From Candidatus Latescibacterota bacterium (lineage in GTDB: Bacteria; Latescibacterota; UBA2968): 64,000 nt of DNA. Numbering within the stretch: the first letter of the stretch is position 1; each line of letters starts with the position of its first letter. The stretch spans positions 2,850,551-2,914,550 of the forward strand of contig OZ220741.1 in NCBI GenBank assembly GCA_965116885.1, written 5' to 3'. Shown here one piece after another: positions 40,579 through 50,658 of this stretch. Below the pieces are notes generated by a model that was not told where the DNA came from, did no database searches, and worked only from the letters and a program-made list of their open reading frames with translations. The translations under genes and the position numbers were made by a program.

Positions 40579-41553
40579 CTATCGTCCAGATTCCAGATTT
40601 ACGGAAACGGCGTCTAAATTTTCTCGCAATGCGGCATCCAGAACCCATCCCACGCCCCCGATATTGTCCTCTAAATGCGCGATGGTGTCGCCACCTGTAA
40701 TTGCCACGGTTACTTCGGGATGAGACAGGACCCAGGATAGGGCGACTTGTCCCGGCGTTTTGCCCAGTTCATCTGCTATATCAAACAAGGTTGTCAGCAC
40801 TTTTCCCTCTGTGCCTGCCATCATGGTTTCGTATTGATCCATTCGGCGTTTTGCCCATAGTGAACCTTCAGGCGGAGGCGCGTCGGGTTTGTAAAATCCG
40901 CTCAATAGTCCCACGGCTAATGGGCTGTAAACCATTATCCCCAGACCCTCACTTCGCACAAAGGGAAAAATTTCCCGCTCCAATGCGCGATGAAGCAAAT
41001 TGTATGGATTTTGCATGCACATATAAGGCGCCAGGTTCAATGCGTGTTGAATCCAGAGTGCTTTGCACGCTTGCCAGGCCGAATGATTGCAACACCCGAT
41101 ATAGCGCACTTTGCCCTGATGCACCAGGTCGTCCAATGCGCGTGCGGTTTCTTCAATCGGTGTCGATTCATCGAAGTTATGTACGAGATACACGTCGATG
41201 TGATCTGTGCCCAACCGGTTCAGGGAACGCTCCACCTCCCGCATGATGTGATAGCGGGATAGACCCTGATCATTTGGTCCTGTGCCGATGCGGCTAAATA
41301 CTTTGGAGGTGATTACCACATCGTCCCGTTTGCCCTTCAGAGCTTTGCCCAACACGACTTCCGAACGTCCGATATGCGAGCGATCATCACCGGGACCATA
41401 GGTGTTGGCGCAGTCGATCAGGTTGATGCCCAGGTCTATCGCCCGCTCAATGACTCTCTGTCCTTCTGCTTCGTCTGCCTGTCCGCGAAATCCCAGGCCC
41501 AGTGCCAGCCGACTTACTTTTACTCCCGCAGAACCAAAGTTGACATATTCCAT
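40579..41553 (-). CDS. Aldo/keto reductase
   Basis: IDCANTYG, ITSK, TDHIDVY, GKVRYIG, YSPLA. Confidence 0.93.
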   Translation of the reverse strand: MEYVNFGSAGVKVSRLALGLGFRGQADEAEGQRVIERAIDLGINLIDCANTYGPGDDRSHIGRSEVVLGKALKGKRDDVVITSKVFSRIGTGPNDQGLSRYHIMREVERSLNRLGTDHIDVYLVHNFDESTPIEETARALDDLVHQGKVRYIGCCNHSAWQACKALWIQHALNLAPYMCMQNPYNLLHRALEREIFPFVRSEGLGIMVYSPLAVGLLSGFYKPDAPPPEGSLWAKRRMDQYETMMAGTEGKVLTTLFDIADELGKTPGQVALSWVLSHPEVTVAITGGDTIAHLEDNIGGVGWVLDAALRENLDAVSVNLESGR

Positions 41554-41575
41554 AAAATCTGCTCCTATTAATTAT

Positions 41576-42832
41576 TCATATTTTTTTCAATAAGCCTGGG
41601 GCGAGTTTATCTCTTGTTTTGTCTGCCCAGGCTTGCAGGTGGGTTTTTAAATTTGCAACGGTTCCAGAGCTTGCCATTTCACGCCAGCGATTTTGACGTT
41701 CACCCGGGTCGCTGGGCAAGTGATACAGTTCGGGTTTTCGCACGGTTGACAAAATTAGTTTCCAATCGCCTGAAACCACACACCGCTCTTCTCCTTTATC
41801 GAGTTCGGGCTGATTGGGGCCTTCGCCTTTTTTATCGATAAATGGCGTATTTACTATGACGAGTGCCTCGCGTCCTGTTTTGCCGCCCTGTCGGATTGAA
41901 TCGCTGAGGTCTATACCATCGAGGCCCTCGGAGACTGCATATCCCAGGAGGCCGAGGATCGTCGGTATCAAATCGACCGAACTGATGAGGGATTCGTCGA
42001 TTTCGCCACTGGAAATCGCTGAAGGAAATCGCATGAGCAGGGGGATGCGCGCGACAGTATCATAACAGAGGCGTTTGCTGTGGTCATTCCACCGGTGGTC
42101 AAAGAGGTGACCGTGTTCGGAGGTAAAGACGACGAGGGTATTTTCTGCTATTCCACTGTCATCGAGTGTTTTCAACAGGTCGCCAACCGCATCGTCAATC
42201 GCTGTACACATCGCGTAGTATTTGCGCCGTTTTTCGTCCTCGGGGTAGAGTTTTTGATAAAGTGTTTCGTATTTTTCGGGGACAGAATAAGGCGGATGGG
42301 GTGGATAATAGGATACATAAGCACAGAATGGACGTGTGTCATCTTTGCGAATAAAGTCAATGGCGTCTTGTGCCAGCACACCCGTTTGATACACTTTTTT
42401 GCCGTCGATTGTGTAGTAATGTCCTTGCCCACGGCCATCGCGGGGATATGTGGGCATTGTCTCCCAGGCGTCTCTCGATGGATCTCCCAGATGCCATTTG
42501 CCAAAGTAGGCACACCGATATCCCACAGCTTTGAGGAAATCGGGAAAAAGCGGTATTTCTGGATCTATATCCCATGTGTTTTCGAGCACGCCGTGATTGT
42601 GCGGATAAAGGCCCGAGAAAATTGTGCCGCGATTTGGCGCGCAGACGGGTTGTGCGGCATAAGCTCTGTCGAATCGCATTCCGTCTGATGCCAAACGATC
42701 CAGATTGGGTGTTATGATTCCTTTTTTGCCATAACATCCCACGCCATCTCGGCGCTGTTGGTCCGTTAAGATGAACAGTAGATTGGGAGGCTCTGCGGTA
42801 GCTCTGCTCATCTGTGATACATTTTGTGCCAT
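41576..42832 (-). CDS. Sulfatase
   Basis: PNLLFILTDQQR, CAPNR, GKWHLG, PHPPY, SEHG. Confidence 0.92.
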   Translation of the reverse strand: MAQNVSQMSRATAEPPNLLFILTDQQRRDGVGCYGKKGIITPNLDRLASDGMRFDRAYAAQPVCAPNRGTIFSGLYPHNHGVLENTWDIDPEIPLFPDFLKAVGYRCAYFGKWHLGDPSRDAWETMPTYPRDGRGQGHYYTIDGKKVYQTGVLAQDAIDFIRKDDTRPFCAYVSYYPPHPPYSVPEKYETLYQKLYPEDEKRRKYYAMCTAIDDAVGDLLKTLDDSGIAENTLVVFTSEHGHLFDHRWNDHSKRLCYDTVARIPLLMRFPSAISSGEIDESLISSVDLIPTILGLLGYAVSEGLDGIDLSDSIRQGGKTGREALVIVNTPFIDKKGEGPNQPELDKGEERCVVSGDWKLILSTVRKPELYHLPSDPGERQNRWREMASSGTVANLKTHLQAWADKTRDKLAPGLLKKI

Positions 42833-42833
42833 A

Positions 42834-43847
42834 TCAACTCCCATTACATTTCACCAGTCGTTTGCCAATATTATCACCTCGCAGCATGCCGATAAATGCA
42901 CGGGGTGCGTTTTCCAATCCCTCGACAATATCTTCCCGGTAATTGAGCCGGCCTTCCTTTAGCCAGATCGACATTTGCTGCAATCCCTCAGCGTGTTGAT
43001 CTGCGAAATCGCCCACCAGGAATCCCTGCATGTGCAACCGCTTGCCAATAAAACCTCCCATCATCCGAGGTCCCATTTCCGGTTCGATGAGATTGTATTG
43101 TGAGATTTGTCCGCAAACGGAAATTCGGCCCCACATGTTCATGAGGGAAAAAACTGCATCGGTAATGGTGCCGCCCACGTTGTCAAAATACACATCGACG
43201 CCATTGGGACATAAGCGTTGCAATTCGGTGCGGTAATCCGCTGTGGTTTTGTAATTGAATGCGCCATCAAAACCCAGGCCGTCAATGGCATAGTTCACTT
43301 TTTCATCGCTGCCGGCTATGCCAATGGCGCGGCATCCTTTAATTTTTGCAATTTGCCCGACCAGCGATCCCACGGCACCGGCTGCTGCCGAGACCACGAC
43401 GGTCTCGCCGGCTTTGGGTTTGCCGACTTCTAACAAGCCAAAATAGGCTGTCAATCCCGGCATGCCGAGAATGCCGAGTGCGGTTGAAATGGGTCCCAGT
43501 GAAGGATCTATTTTTCGGAGGCCCTGTGCTGAAGAAACCGCGTAAGCCTGCCATCCGTGATCTGCCCAAACAATATCTCCGGGTTGAAACTCAGAATGGT
43601 TGGATTTAATTACTTCGCTTACACTCCGCCCAATCATAACCGCACCAATTTCTACATTTGGCGCATAGGATTTTCGATCATTGATGCGCCCGCGCATGTA
43701 GGGATCAACGGAAAGGTACTGCGTTTTCAAGAGCAGTTCCCCTTCGCCGGGTGCGGGAATGGGCGATTCTCCAATTGAGAAATCGGATGTTTTGGGATAT
43801 CCGACTGGACGCGCTGCCAATCGAATTTGAATATTTTTCTCTGCCAT
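42834..43847 (-). CDS. NADP-dependent oxidoreductase (CurA / prostaglandin reductase-like), paralog of 36226-37227
   Basis: LAARPVG, SVDPYMRGR, LGMPGLTAY, AAAGAVGS; start at MAEKN with GGAG RBS. Confidence 0.93.
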   Translation of the reverse strand: MAEKNIQIRLAARPVGYPKTSDFSIGESPIPAPGEGELLLKTQYLSVDPYMRGRINDRKSYAPNVEIGAVMIGRSVSEVIKSNHSEFQPGDIVWADHGWQAYAVSSAQGLRKIDPSLGPISTALGILGMPGLTAYFGLLEVGKPKAGETVVVSAAAGAVGSLVGQIAKIKGCRAIGIAGSDEKVNYAIDGLGFDGAFNYKTTADYRTELQRLCPNGVDVYFDNVGGTITDAVFSLMNMWGRISVCGQISQYNLIEPEMGPRMMGGFIGKRLHMQGFLVGDFADQHAEGLQQMSIWLKEGRLNYREDIVEGLENAPRAFIGMLRGDNIGKRLVKCNGS

Positions 43848-43885
43848 AAATATAATGCTCCTGATTTTTCGGTGGTTTGGATATT

Positions 43886-44914
43886 TCATTCTGCATAAAC
43901 TGCTTCTCGTATGCCTTTCAAATATCCGACGGCAAATAGTCGCGCGATGCCTTGTTCGTCGCCAAATTGCTCGTCTCCCATTTTGGGATAGTGGTCTGGC
44001 CGGCACACGCCGTCAAATCCGATGTCTCGATATGCGCGCAAACATTTGACGAGGTCTGTTTTGCCATCGTCGTGAAATGTTTCTTCAAATTTATCGGGTT
44101 GACCGACAACATCGCGGATGTGTAAGAAATGGATTTTTTTCTGTTCGCCAAAGTGCCGGATGACCGAGGGCAAATCGTCTGTCATCAGTGTAAAATTGCC
44201 CTGGCAAAGCCCAATACCATTCATTGGACTCGGTACGAGGTCAACGAGTTTTTGGTAGTTTTCAACGCTGCTCATAATGCGCGCAATGCCTCGGATAGGC
44301 GATAGCGGTGGGTCGTCGGGATGCAGGGCCAGTTTGACGTTGGCTTCTTCGGCTACGGGTACAATGCGCTCGAGAAAATACTTCAGGTTGGCCCACTGTT
44401 GTTCTTCTGTCACTGTTTCCATAGAGATCTCTTGCTGGGCTATTGGTATGCCGTCGATATTGTGTATTGGACGCTCGGTGGGATCGCCTTGCGATGCCAG
44501 GGCATTGAGATCAAATCCGCTTACATGCGCGCCGCCCCGCGAGGAGATGGATCGGGATGTTCGCATGACTCCCAGTATGGGCATCCACGCATAACACCAC
44601 ACGGGGATTCCGAGTTTGCCCATGTTCCGGAGCAGTTCACAGACTACTTCAATTTCCTCGTCTCGTCCGGGCAAGCCCAGTTTGATCTTTTCCATGGGGG
44701 GCCGCGATTCGATGACCTCAAGAGGTATTCCGGCTGCTTCGTAAGCGGCTTTTGCTTGTGCCAGCGATGTGTAACTCCAGGGCTGTTCTTCTGGCTCTGC
44801 GTCTGGTTTTGGGCGCAGTGTTATGCCTCCAACTGCGCCTTCGACTCCACATTGTTTCATGAGTGTCCACCTTTGACTGGCTTGAGGCGGTGCCAGGATA
44901 GCAATTCTCAGCAT
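43886..44914 (-). CDS. uxuA: Mannonate dehydratase family protein
   Basis: VIES, NLKYFLE..VPVAEE, LHPDDPP, CQGN, HIRDV, ETFHDDG, RPDH. Confidence 0.85.
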   Translation of the reverse strand: MLRIAILAPPQASQRWTLMKQCGVEGAVGGITLRPKPDAEPEEQPWSYTSLAQAKAAYEAAGIPLEVIESRPPMEKIKLGLPGRDEEIEVVCELLRNMGKLGIPVWCYAWMPILGVMRTSRSISSRGGAHVSGFDLNALASQGDPTERPIHNIDGIPIAQQEISMETVTEEQQWANLKYFLERIVPVAEEANVKLALHPDDPPLSPIRGIARIMSSVENYQKLVDLVPSPMNGIGLCQGNFTLMTDDLPSVIRHFGEQKKIHFLHIRDVVGQPDKFEETFHDDGKTDLVKCLRAYRDIGFDGVCRPDHYPKMGDEQFGDEQGIARLFAVGYLKGIREAVYAE

Positions 44915-45096
44915 GACTATTTCCTTTCGCTGTTGGTGTTTTTGACATTTTTATCGCTGCCCAATATATGCAGACCGGATGCGACATGCCATAAAAAATC
45001 CATCGCCAGGAGCGCGGTCTAAATGGCTTTTGAGAAGCTGTACTCTTGCATATATTACAAAAACACTCACTACCTGGCATACAAGGAGGCTCTGCT

Positions 45097-46203
45097 ATGA
45101 CCTGTTGGAAAATTCTCGCTGTCACCCTGCTGTTCATATCACCTCTATTTGCTCAGGAGCAAGCTGAAAACCGCTTCCAGAGCGCGGCGGAGCGTTTTTT
45201 TGCGCGCAATGACAAAAATAAAGACGGCAAATTGTCGCGGGAGGAATTTCCCGAACGACAGCGCCGTCTGTTTGAGCGAATTGACACAGATAAAGATGGC
45301 TTTGTCACACTCGAAGAAGATATTTTTTATCGCAACAATAGACGGAGGAATACCGTGAATATTCCAGAAGGTGTAACTGTCCACCGAGATCTGATCTACG
45401 GACGGGTTGGGGAGAGAGAGCTTCCCCTCGATCTCTATCTTCCGCTCGATACATCATCTCCTGTGCCCGTGGTGATATGGGTTCACGGGGGCGGTTGGCG
45501 TGGGGGGGCTAAAGGCAATGGCGGGCGGGCGCTCAATATGACCACACGCGGATTTGCCGTTGTTGATGTGGAATATCGACTCAGTGGCGAAGCCCTCTTT
45601 CCTGCGCAAATAGAAGACTGCAAAACAGCCGTGCGCTGGGTGAGAGCAAATGCAAAAAAATACAATCTCGATTCCGACCGCATCGGCGCGTGGGGATCGT
45701 CTGCTGGGGGGCATCTCGTGGCGATGATGGGTTTGACGCACGATGAAAATGTATTTGAGACGGATGATCACAGCCAATATTCGAGTCAGGTGCAGGCGAT
45801 ATGCAACTGGTTTGGTCCTACAGATTTTTTGCGTATGAATGATTTTGAAGGCCGAATTGATCACGATGCAGCCGATTCTCCCGAGTCCAGACTAATTGGT
45901 GGTCCTATCCAGGAAAACAAGGAGAAAGTCGCCGCGGCCAATCCCATTACTTATGTCAGCAAAAACGATCCGCCCATGCTGATTATGCACGGGGAAAAAG
46001 ATCGGGCAGTTCCCTATAATCAGAGCGAGTTGCTCTATGCTGCGATGAAAAAAGCAGGTTTGGATGTCGCGCTCTACAAGGTTGTCAATGCCGACCACGG
46101 CTTTCGCAATGCCACGCAAGATAACCAGGCATCGCTGGTTGAAATGTCTGTTCAGTTTTTAGAAAAGCATCTCAAACCCCAAACGGATGCCGCATCGCCA
46201 TAA
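45097..46203 (+). CDS. Secreted EF-hand plus alpha/beta hydrolase (esterase)
   Basis: Signal peptide; EF-hands [12 protein letters not shown] and [12 protein letters not shown]; HGGGW, GSSAG, HGEKD, HGF. Confidence 0.9.
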   Translation: MTCWKILAVTLLFISPLFAQEQAENRFQSAAERFFARNDKNKDGKLSREEFPERQRRLFERIDTDKDGFVTLEEDIFYRNNRRRNTVNIPEGVTVHRDLIYGRVGERELPLDLYLPLDTSSPVPVVIWVHGGGWRGGAKGNGGRALNMTTRGFAVVDVEYRLSGEALFPAQIEDCKTAVRWVRANAKKYNLDSDRIGAWGSSAGGHLVAMMGLTHDENVFETDDHSQYSSQVQAICNWFGPTDFLRMNDFEGRIDHDAADSPESRLIGGPIQENKEKVAAANPITYVSKNDPPMLIMHGEKDRAVPYNQSELLYAAMKKAGLDVALYKVVNADHGFRNATQDNQASLVEMSVQFLEKHLKPQTDAASP

Positions 46204-46222
46204 GGGTATAATGTGAATGAAT

Positions 46223-46260
46223 AAGCCCTGGAGAATTCAATCTCCAGGGCTTTTGTTTTT
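46223..46260. terminator. Rho-independent terminator
   Basis: aagccctggaga-attcaa-tctccagggctt followed by a T run. Confidence 0.85.
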
Positions 46261-46290
46261 TAAAGTGACAGACATTCAGACCGTAGTCAG

Positions 46291-46896
46291 TTAACGAAAT
46301 TCCAAACTCGCTACAATTTGCTCATATTCGGTTAGTGGATAGCCTGCATCCCGGCTGCCATTGCCGATCATGTAATACCCCACCTGATTGTGGATGGCTA
46401 TGGCTACCAGAAATCGGGTGCCCGGATAATCTCGATTGGATCTTTCCAGTTGAGAATAGCGAAATTCCCACTGAATCGCCTCGCCTACATTGAGCCGGAT
46501 GCGCTGTTTTTCGCCGATAACGCGATATTGATCAAATGCGAGCATTAGATATTGTTCTTCAAATTCCTGAACGATCTGATCCACAGTCATTGTGGCGAAG
46601 CGATTTGGTAGTGCTTGTGGATACAGGTGCATTTGCGGACGAAAGTCACCTGTAATCTCAGGACTGAGAATGCGTACAGTTACGGGTGATAAACCATTGA
46701 TATCTCTTTGTGATGTCAGGGTTGATACATCGATACCCCACTGGTCGCTGGGACGGCTGACTCGAAATCCCCATGAGTTGTTGGTATAAACAAGCCCATC
46801 TAAACTGGGTTCAGGCTCTGTGGGGATTGGTTTACACCCAGAAGTTACCAACAGGCTACACAGCGCGAAAGCGCACAATATTCGGGCGCATATCAT
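46291..46896 (-). CDS. Hypothetical lipoprotein
   Basis: Lipobox VTSGC; GAGGAG RBS; 42 bp after the multiheme gene. Confidence 0.75.
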   Translation of the reverse strand: MICARILCAFALCSLLVTSGCKPIPTEPEPSLDGLVYTNNSWGFRVSRPSDQWGIDVSTLTSQRDINGLSPVTVRILSPEITGDFRPQMHLYPQALPNRFATMTVDQIVQEFEEQYLMLAFDQYRVIGEKQRIRLNVGEAIQWEFRYSQLERSNRDYPGTRFLVAIAIHNQVGYYMIGNGSRDAGYPLTEYEQIVASLEFR

Positions 46897-46938
46897 ATCA
46901 ATCTCCTCACTGATTAATCGCGAAAATGGACAAGTACT

Positions 46939-49842
46939 TTATTTGACGCCAGATGGCCTGGTAGTGTTCCTGTCGCGTTGGAGCAATTCCGGATGCAGGC
47001 GATAAAATATCGCTTCTATCTGCTTCAGACCCTCGGCCTGCACCACAAAACGCCCGTCAATTACCACAGTCGGCGATCTCGTCGGTATCACGCCGAGTGC
47101 CCGAGCAGTGGCGTGTATTTCTGCACTGTTGTCTTTTTTGCTGACGTCAATGCCCGTCTGTTTTAAGCAGTTTTCCACAGAAGATGTGTCGGAAGTAGCT
47201 TTTTGTTTGTGGCATAACAGGACGTCAATTATCCGCTCTGGAGCGGTCTGTTGTGCCTGCCGAAATAGCGCGTTTTGTTTGTCATTGCCTACAAAATGCA
47301 GGCGTAAGCGCTCGGGTGCTTGAACTTTTTTGATCCATTGCAAGAGTCGTTCTGCTATTTGTAGTGCTGGAGACACACGAACATCCATAAACAGGTCCAT
47401 ACCATCTATATTCTGGCCTTGAAAAACTCGTGCTATTGGTGTCAATAGCACGGTTGGCACAAAATGATCGTCAACGCGCTGCATCAGGTGTGCAAACCGA
47501 TTAAAATGGGCTGTTTTCTCAAACTCATTGTTCAGTACATAAGCTGGCACCCGATCCAGGCTATAATGTGCAATCAGGTTCTGTCCCATCTCGCTGTTCA
47601 CATCTACGGTTTCGAACTCAGCACCGGGAAAGAGTGATAGTGTGGATCGAATAAACGAATAGGTATCACATACTTCACAGGTCGCGTCGTTGAGAATGGT
47701 CGTTTGAAAAGAGATGGGATCGCGCACTTCGCATTGCGCGTGGGGCGTTCCGCCATTTAAGCACAGGCCAATTTTGCCCGGATGTACACAATCCCGATCG
47801 CTTATGCACTCGGGAACATCGGCGCAAAAGGGCAAATTTTTATTATTGCGACAGATGAACTGCGCCACCTCCTGAGAAGACGTTTTGACATCGCGCCCAT
47901 TTACGCGCAATGTGGGCGATGCGTTGATCCCAAGCAGATTGGCTCTGCGAATATTTTCGGCAAATAATGTTTCACCCGCATCGCTTTCGGACAACTCGGC
48001 GATTTTGTCTGCGTCCATGTTTACCTGTGTTGCACAAACGCGCCAATCGGTTGCAATGCCCGATTTATTGCGACACAAAATGTAATCCCAGAACCGATCG
48101 GGATAGAGCGACATCACAACGGTTTGCCGAATGCCTTCGGCTATTTCTCTGTCGCCGTGCAAACTGCGAAAGCGGCCCGATCCCGTCGAGGTGGTCGCCT
48201 GACATCCGGGCTGTGTTGTTCGTGTCGTGCGTGCGACGGGGGGTGGCGATGCGACATCCTTTGCGCTCGCTTCATCTGCGATAAAATACAGATGAAAGTC
48301 GATTTGATCCTTCACTTTGCGAAACAGAGGGGCAAGGGTTTGTTCTGCATGTATGCCATAGGGACAATCTGCCATCACAAATAGCTCGACGAGGGGGCGA
48401 CCATCTCGCCCGATTTCCGTTTTCTCTGTGTCCGATTTGGTTATTGCGTGCGAAGAACCGTGCCCCTTGTGATTCACTTCTGCCAGCATATCGGCAAATC
48501 GGGTGTCAAAGTCGGGCGTCTGGTTTGCATCGTGACAGCGCTGGCACAAATCGGGAGATGGCGTGCGGCGAATATTGCGGACTTCGGGACGCCGCGCGTG
48601 TTGTTCTCCCGGTCCGTGGCACACTTCGCATTGCACATTTGTAAGTCGTTTGACATCTTTGCCAATTCGGAATCCCGTGGGATATCCAAATCCCGTGGTA
48701 TGACAGGTTACACAGTCGGGCTGATAGTGTTTTTGTTTTTGCAATAATCGATTAAATGCATTCGCATGATGCGATTGTTCCCAGTCTGATACCTCGGCAG
48801 CGTGGCATCCTTTACATGTTTCTACCCCGACATATCTATTGGTGCCCTGACGCACCTGATCTTCCAGTGCAAATCCCGCAAATCTCGGTCGCGCTGTCTG
48901 CTGCAGCGCGGAATTTTTTTGAACCAGATTGTAGAATTCATCCACGAGTCGTTTCACGGTGCGGTCTTCGCCAATGGATTCTGAGAGCAATACGGAGGTG
49001 ATTTGTTCTGCTTTCACCTGTCTATTTTCTACGGTCAATATCGCCTGTCCTATTGCTTTGCCCTGGGGTTGGGTGCCCAGCAATAGGGTATTGCCGATCC
49101 GATGGGTTGTCTCGGTTGATCGTGCGCTGATCATCACATCTATATCGGTGATATTTTGTATGAGGTCGCGTTCTGCTTCTCGATCCAAATCGCTCAATAC
49201 AACTATGAGATCGGTCTTTTGACGCACAGATGCGACCGCTTCCTGGATGCCATCGAGTTTAACATCTATGCCATCGGGCATATTTATATGCGAGGCCCCC
49301 ATTGCCATACTGTGTACTTCAATCTCCCGTTCACTCGCCACACCTATGACACCTACGCGCACATCGCCCGCGTCCAGAATTCGCACGGGTGCGCCCATTT
49401 GTACGTCGTTTATCTTCAAGTTTGCACTTAGAAAGGGGACGCCACCCGAATCGCGCATGGTTTCAAAGAACGCTTGTCCAAATCGCAATTCTCCCAAACC
49501 GATATTGGCAGCGTCGTAATGGATGGCTTTCATGGCTTTCAAATGTATTTTGCAACGCAACTGGTCCAATACGGTATCGCCTGCAAATAAACCACCAGCA
49601 TCTAATAACAGGGCATTGGGATACGATCGCTTTAAGTCATTTACCATTGTTGCGCGCCGCGCAATGCCGCCGAGCTGATTGTCCGCACAACCACACACTT
49701 CCAGGAAGCTCTGAGTGTCTCCCGTGTAAAGCAATACCACCTCTGCCGCTCTACTTTGCCCGATGAGACAAAAGACAGCTAATAGGAGACACAAAACGAG
49801 GGGAGATCTTTCACAATCCCATCTGTGTATATTTGTGTTCAT
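46939..49842 (-). CDS. Secreted multidomain protein: UshA-like CxC domain, tetraheme cytochrome c (c554-like), thioredoxin/GILT-like domains
   Basis: Signal peptide; LEVCGC..QLGGIARRA...LDAG...PFLSAN; CKGCH, CVTCH, CEVCH, CQRCH; LFVMADCPYG, SLHG..E, SPT. Start uncertain (placed after the lepB terminator). Confidence 0.85.
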   Translation of the reverse strand: MNTNIHRWDCERSPLVLCLLLAVFCLIGQSRAAEVVLLYTGDTQSFLEVCGCADNQLGGIARRATMVNDLKRSYPNALLLDAGGLFAGDTVLDQLRCKIHLKAMKAIHYDAANIGLGELRFGQAFFETMRDSGGVPFLSANLKINDVQMGAPVRILDAGDVRVGVIGVASEREIEVHSMAMGASHINMPDGIDVKLDGIQEAVASVRQKTDLIVVLSDLDREAERDLIQNITDIDVMISARSTETTHRIGNTLLLGTQPQGKAIGQAILTVENRQVKAEQITSVLLSESIGEDRTVKRLVDEFYNLVQKNSALQQTARPRFAGFALEDQVRQGTNRYVGVETCKGCHAAEVSDWEQSHHANAFNRLLQKQKHYQPDCVTCHTTGFGYPTGFRIGKDVKRLTNVQCEVCHGPGEQHARRPEVRNIRRTPSPDLCQRCHDANQTPDFDTRFADMLAEVNHKGHGSSHAITKSDTEKTEIGRDGRPLVELFVMADCPYGIHAEQTLAPLFRKVKDQIDFHLYFIADEASAKDVASPPPVARTTRTTQPGCQATTSTGSGRFRSLHGDREIAEGIRQTVVMSLYPDRFWDYILCRNKSGIATDWRVCATQVNMDADKIAELSESDAGETLFAENIRRANLLGINASPTLRVNGRDVKTSSQEVAQFICRNNKNLPFCADVPECISDRDCVHPGKIGLCLNGGTPHAQCEVRDPISFQTTILNDATCEVCDTYSFIRSTLSLFPGAEFETVDVNSEMGQNLIAHYSLDRVPAYVLNNEFEKTAHFNRFAHLMQRVDDHFVPTVLLTPIARVFQGQNIDGMDLFMDVRVSPALQIAERLLQWIKKVQAPERLRLHFVGNDKQNALFRQAQQTAPERIIDVLLCHKQKATSDTSSVENCLKQTGIDVSKKDNSAEIHATARALGVIPTRSPTVVIDGRFVVQAEGLKQIEAIFYRLHPELLQRDRNTTRPSGVK

Positions 49843-49870
49843 CTGTGGTTGCTTTCTGAATTTTGCCTGC

Positions 49871-49900
49871 AAAAAAAGGCCCGATATTTCATCGGGCCTT
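49871..49900 (-). terminator. Rho-independent terminator after lepB
   Basis: Minus strand aaggcccgat-gaaat-atcgggcc followed by T7. Confidence 0.85.
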
Positions 49901-49921
49901 ACAAATACCATTTTTATACGG

Positions 49922-50587
49922 TTACTCCACCAGGCCCAGCCTGTCCCAACGGATTTTTTGAAAAATATTCCACAGAGGCTTTTGGCTATCCCAGGAATAA
50001 TAGATAAATAATGGGTGTGCTTTTACTTTTTCCATGGGTACCATCCCCCAAAACCGGCTGTCGTAACTGCTGTCGCGATTGTCTCCCATCACAAAAATGT
50101 GTCCCGGTGGCACTGTGTGAGGTCCGTAGTTGTCGCGTGGGCTGTGTTGTTTGTGTTCTACTCTGGGGTCTTCGTGTTTAACGCCTTCTGGGTTCTCAAA
50201 TCGCTTTCCATCTACATATACAATTTTGTTTTTGATTTCCACTGTCTGTCCTTCAACCGCAATACACCGCTTGATAAAATCGCGCGACTCATCCCGGGGG
50301 AATTCAAAAATCACCAGATCCCCCGGTTGAGGGGTTGAAAATCCCGGTACGCGAAATGAGGGCAATTTGGTATTCAGTATGGGCACGCGGTCGGGTATTT
50401 GCGTGCCGAAGGTCAGTTTATCGCCCAGTACGTAATCGCCTTCTAATAGCGTGTCTTCCATCGATCCCGAGGGTATGTGATACGCTTGTACCAGCGTTCC
50501 CCGGATCAAAATGGCTAAAAATATGGCGATTCCAAATTCTCGCAAGTTACTCCGTTTTCGCTTCTTTTTATTTTTTCTCTTTAGCAT
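49922..50587 (-). CDS. lepB: Signal peptidase I
   Basis: IPSGSMEDTL, FIKRCIA, MGDNRDSSYDSRFWG. Confidence 0.96.
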   Translation of the reverse strand: MLKRKNKKKRKRSNLREFGIAIFLAILIRGTLVQAYHIPSGSMEDTLLEGDYVLGDKLTFGTQIPDRVPILNTKLPSFRVPGFSTPQPGDLVIFEFPRDESRDFIKRCIAVEGQTVEIKNKIVYVDGKRFENPEGVKHEDPRVEHKQHSPRDNYGPHTVPPGHIFVMGDNRDSSYDSRFWGMVPMEKVKAHPLFIYYSWDSQKPLWNIFQKIRWDRLGLVE

Positions 50588-50658
50588 AGTCCTTCCATTG
50601 TGGTGAGTTGTCGGTTATACTGTGTCGTGCCCTGCAGGGCGGTAACTGGTCTGGTCTT

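Noticed and set aside
49843-49911. Upstream start (49911) for the multiheme gene, and co-transcription with lepB as a dedicated peptidase
   Set aside because: A strong intrinsic terminator (49871-49900) lies within this stretch.
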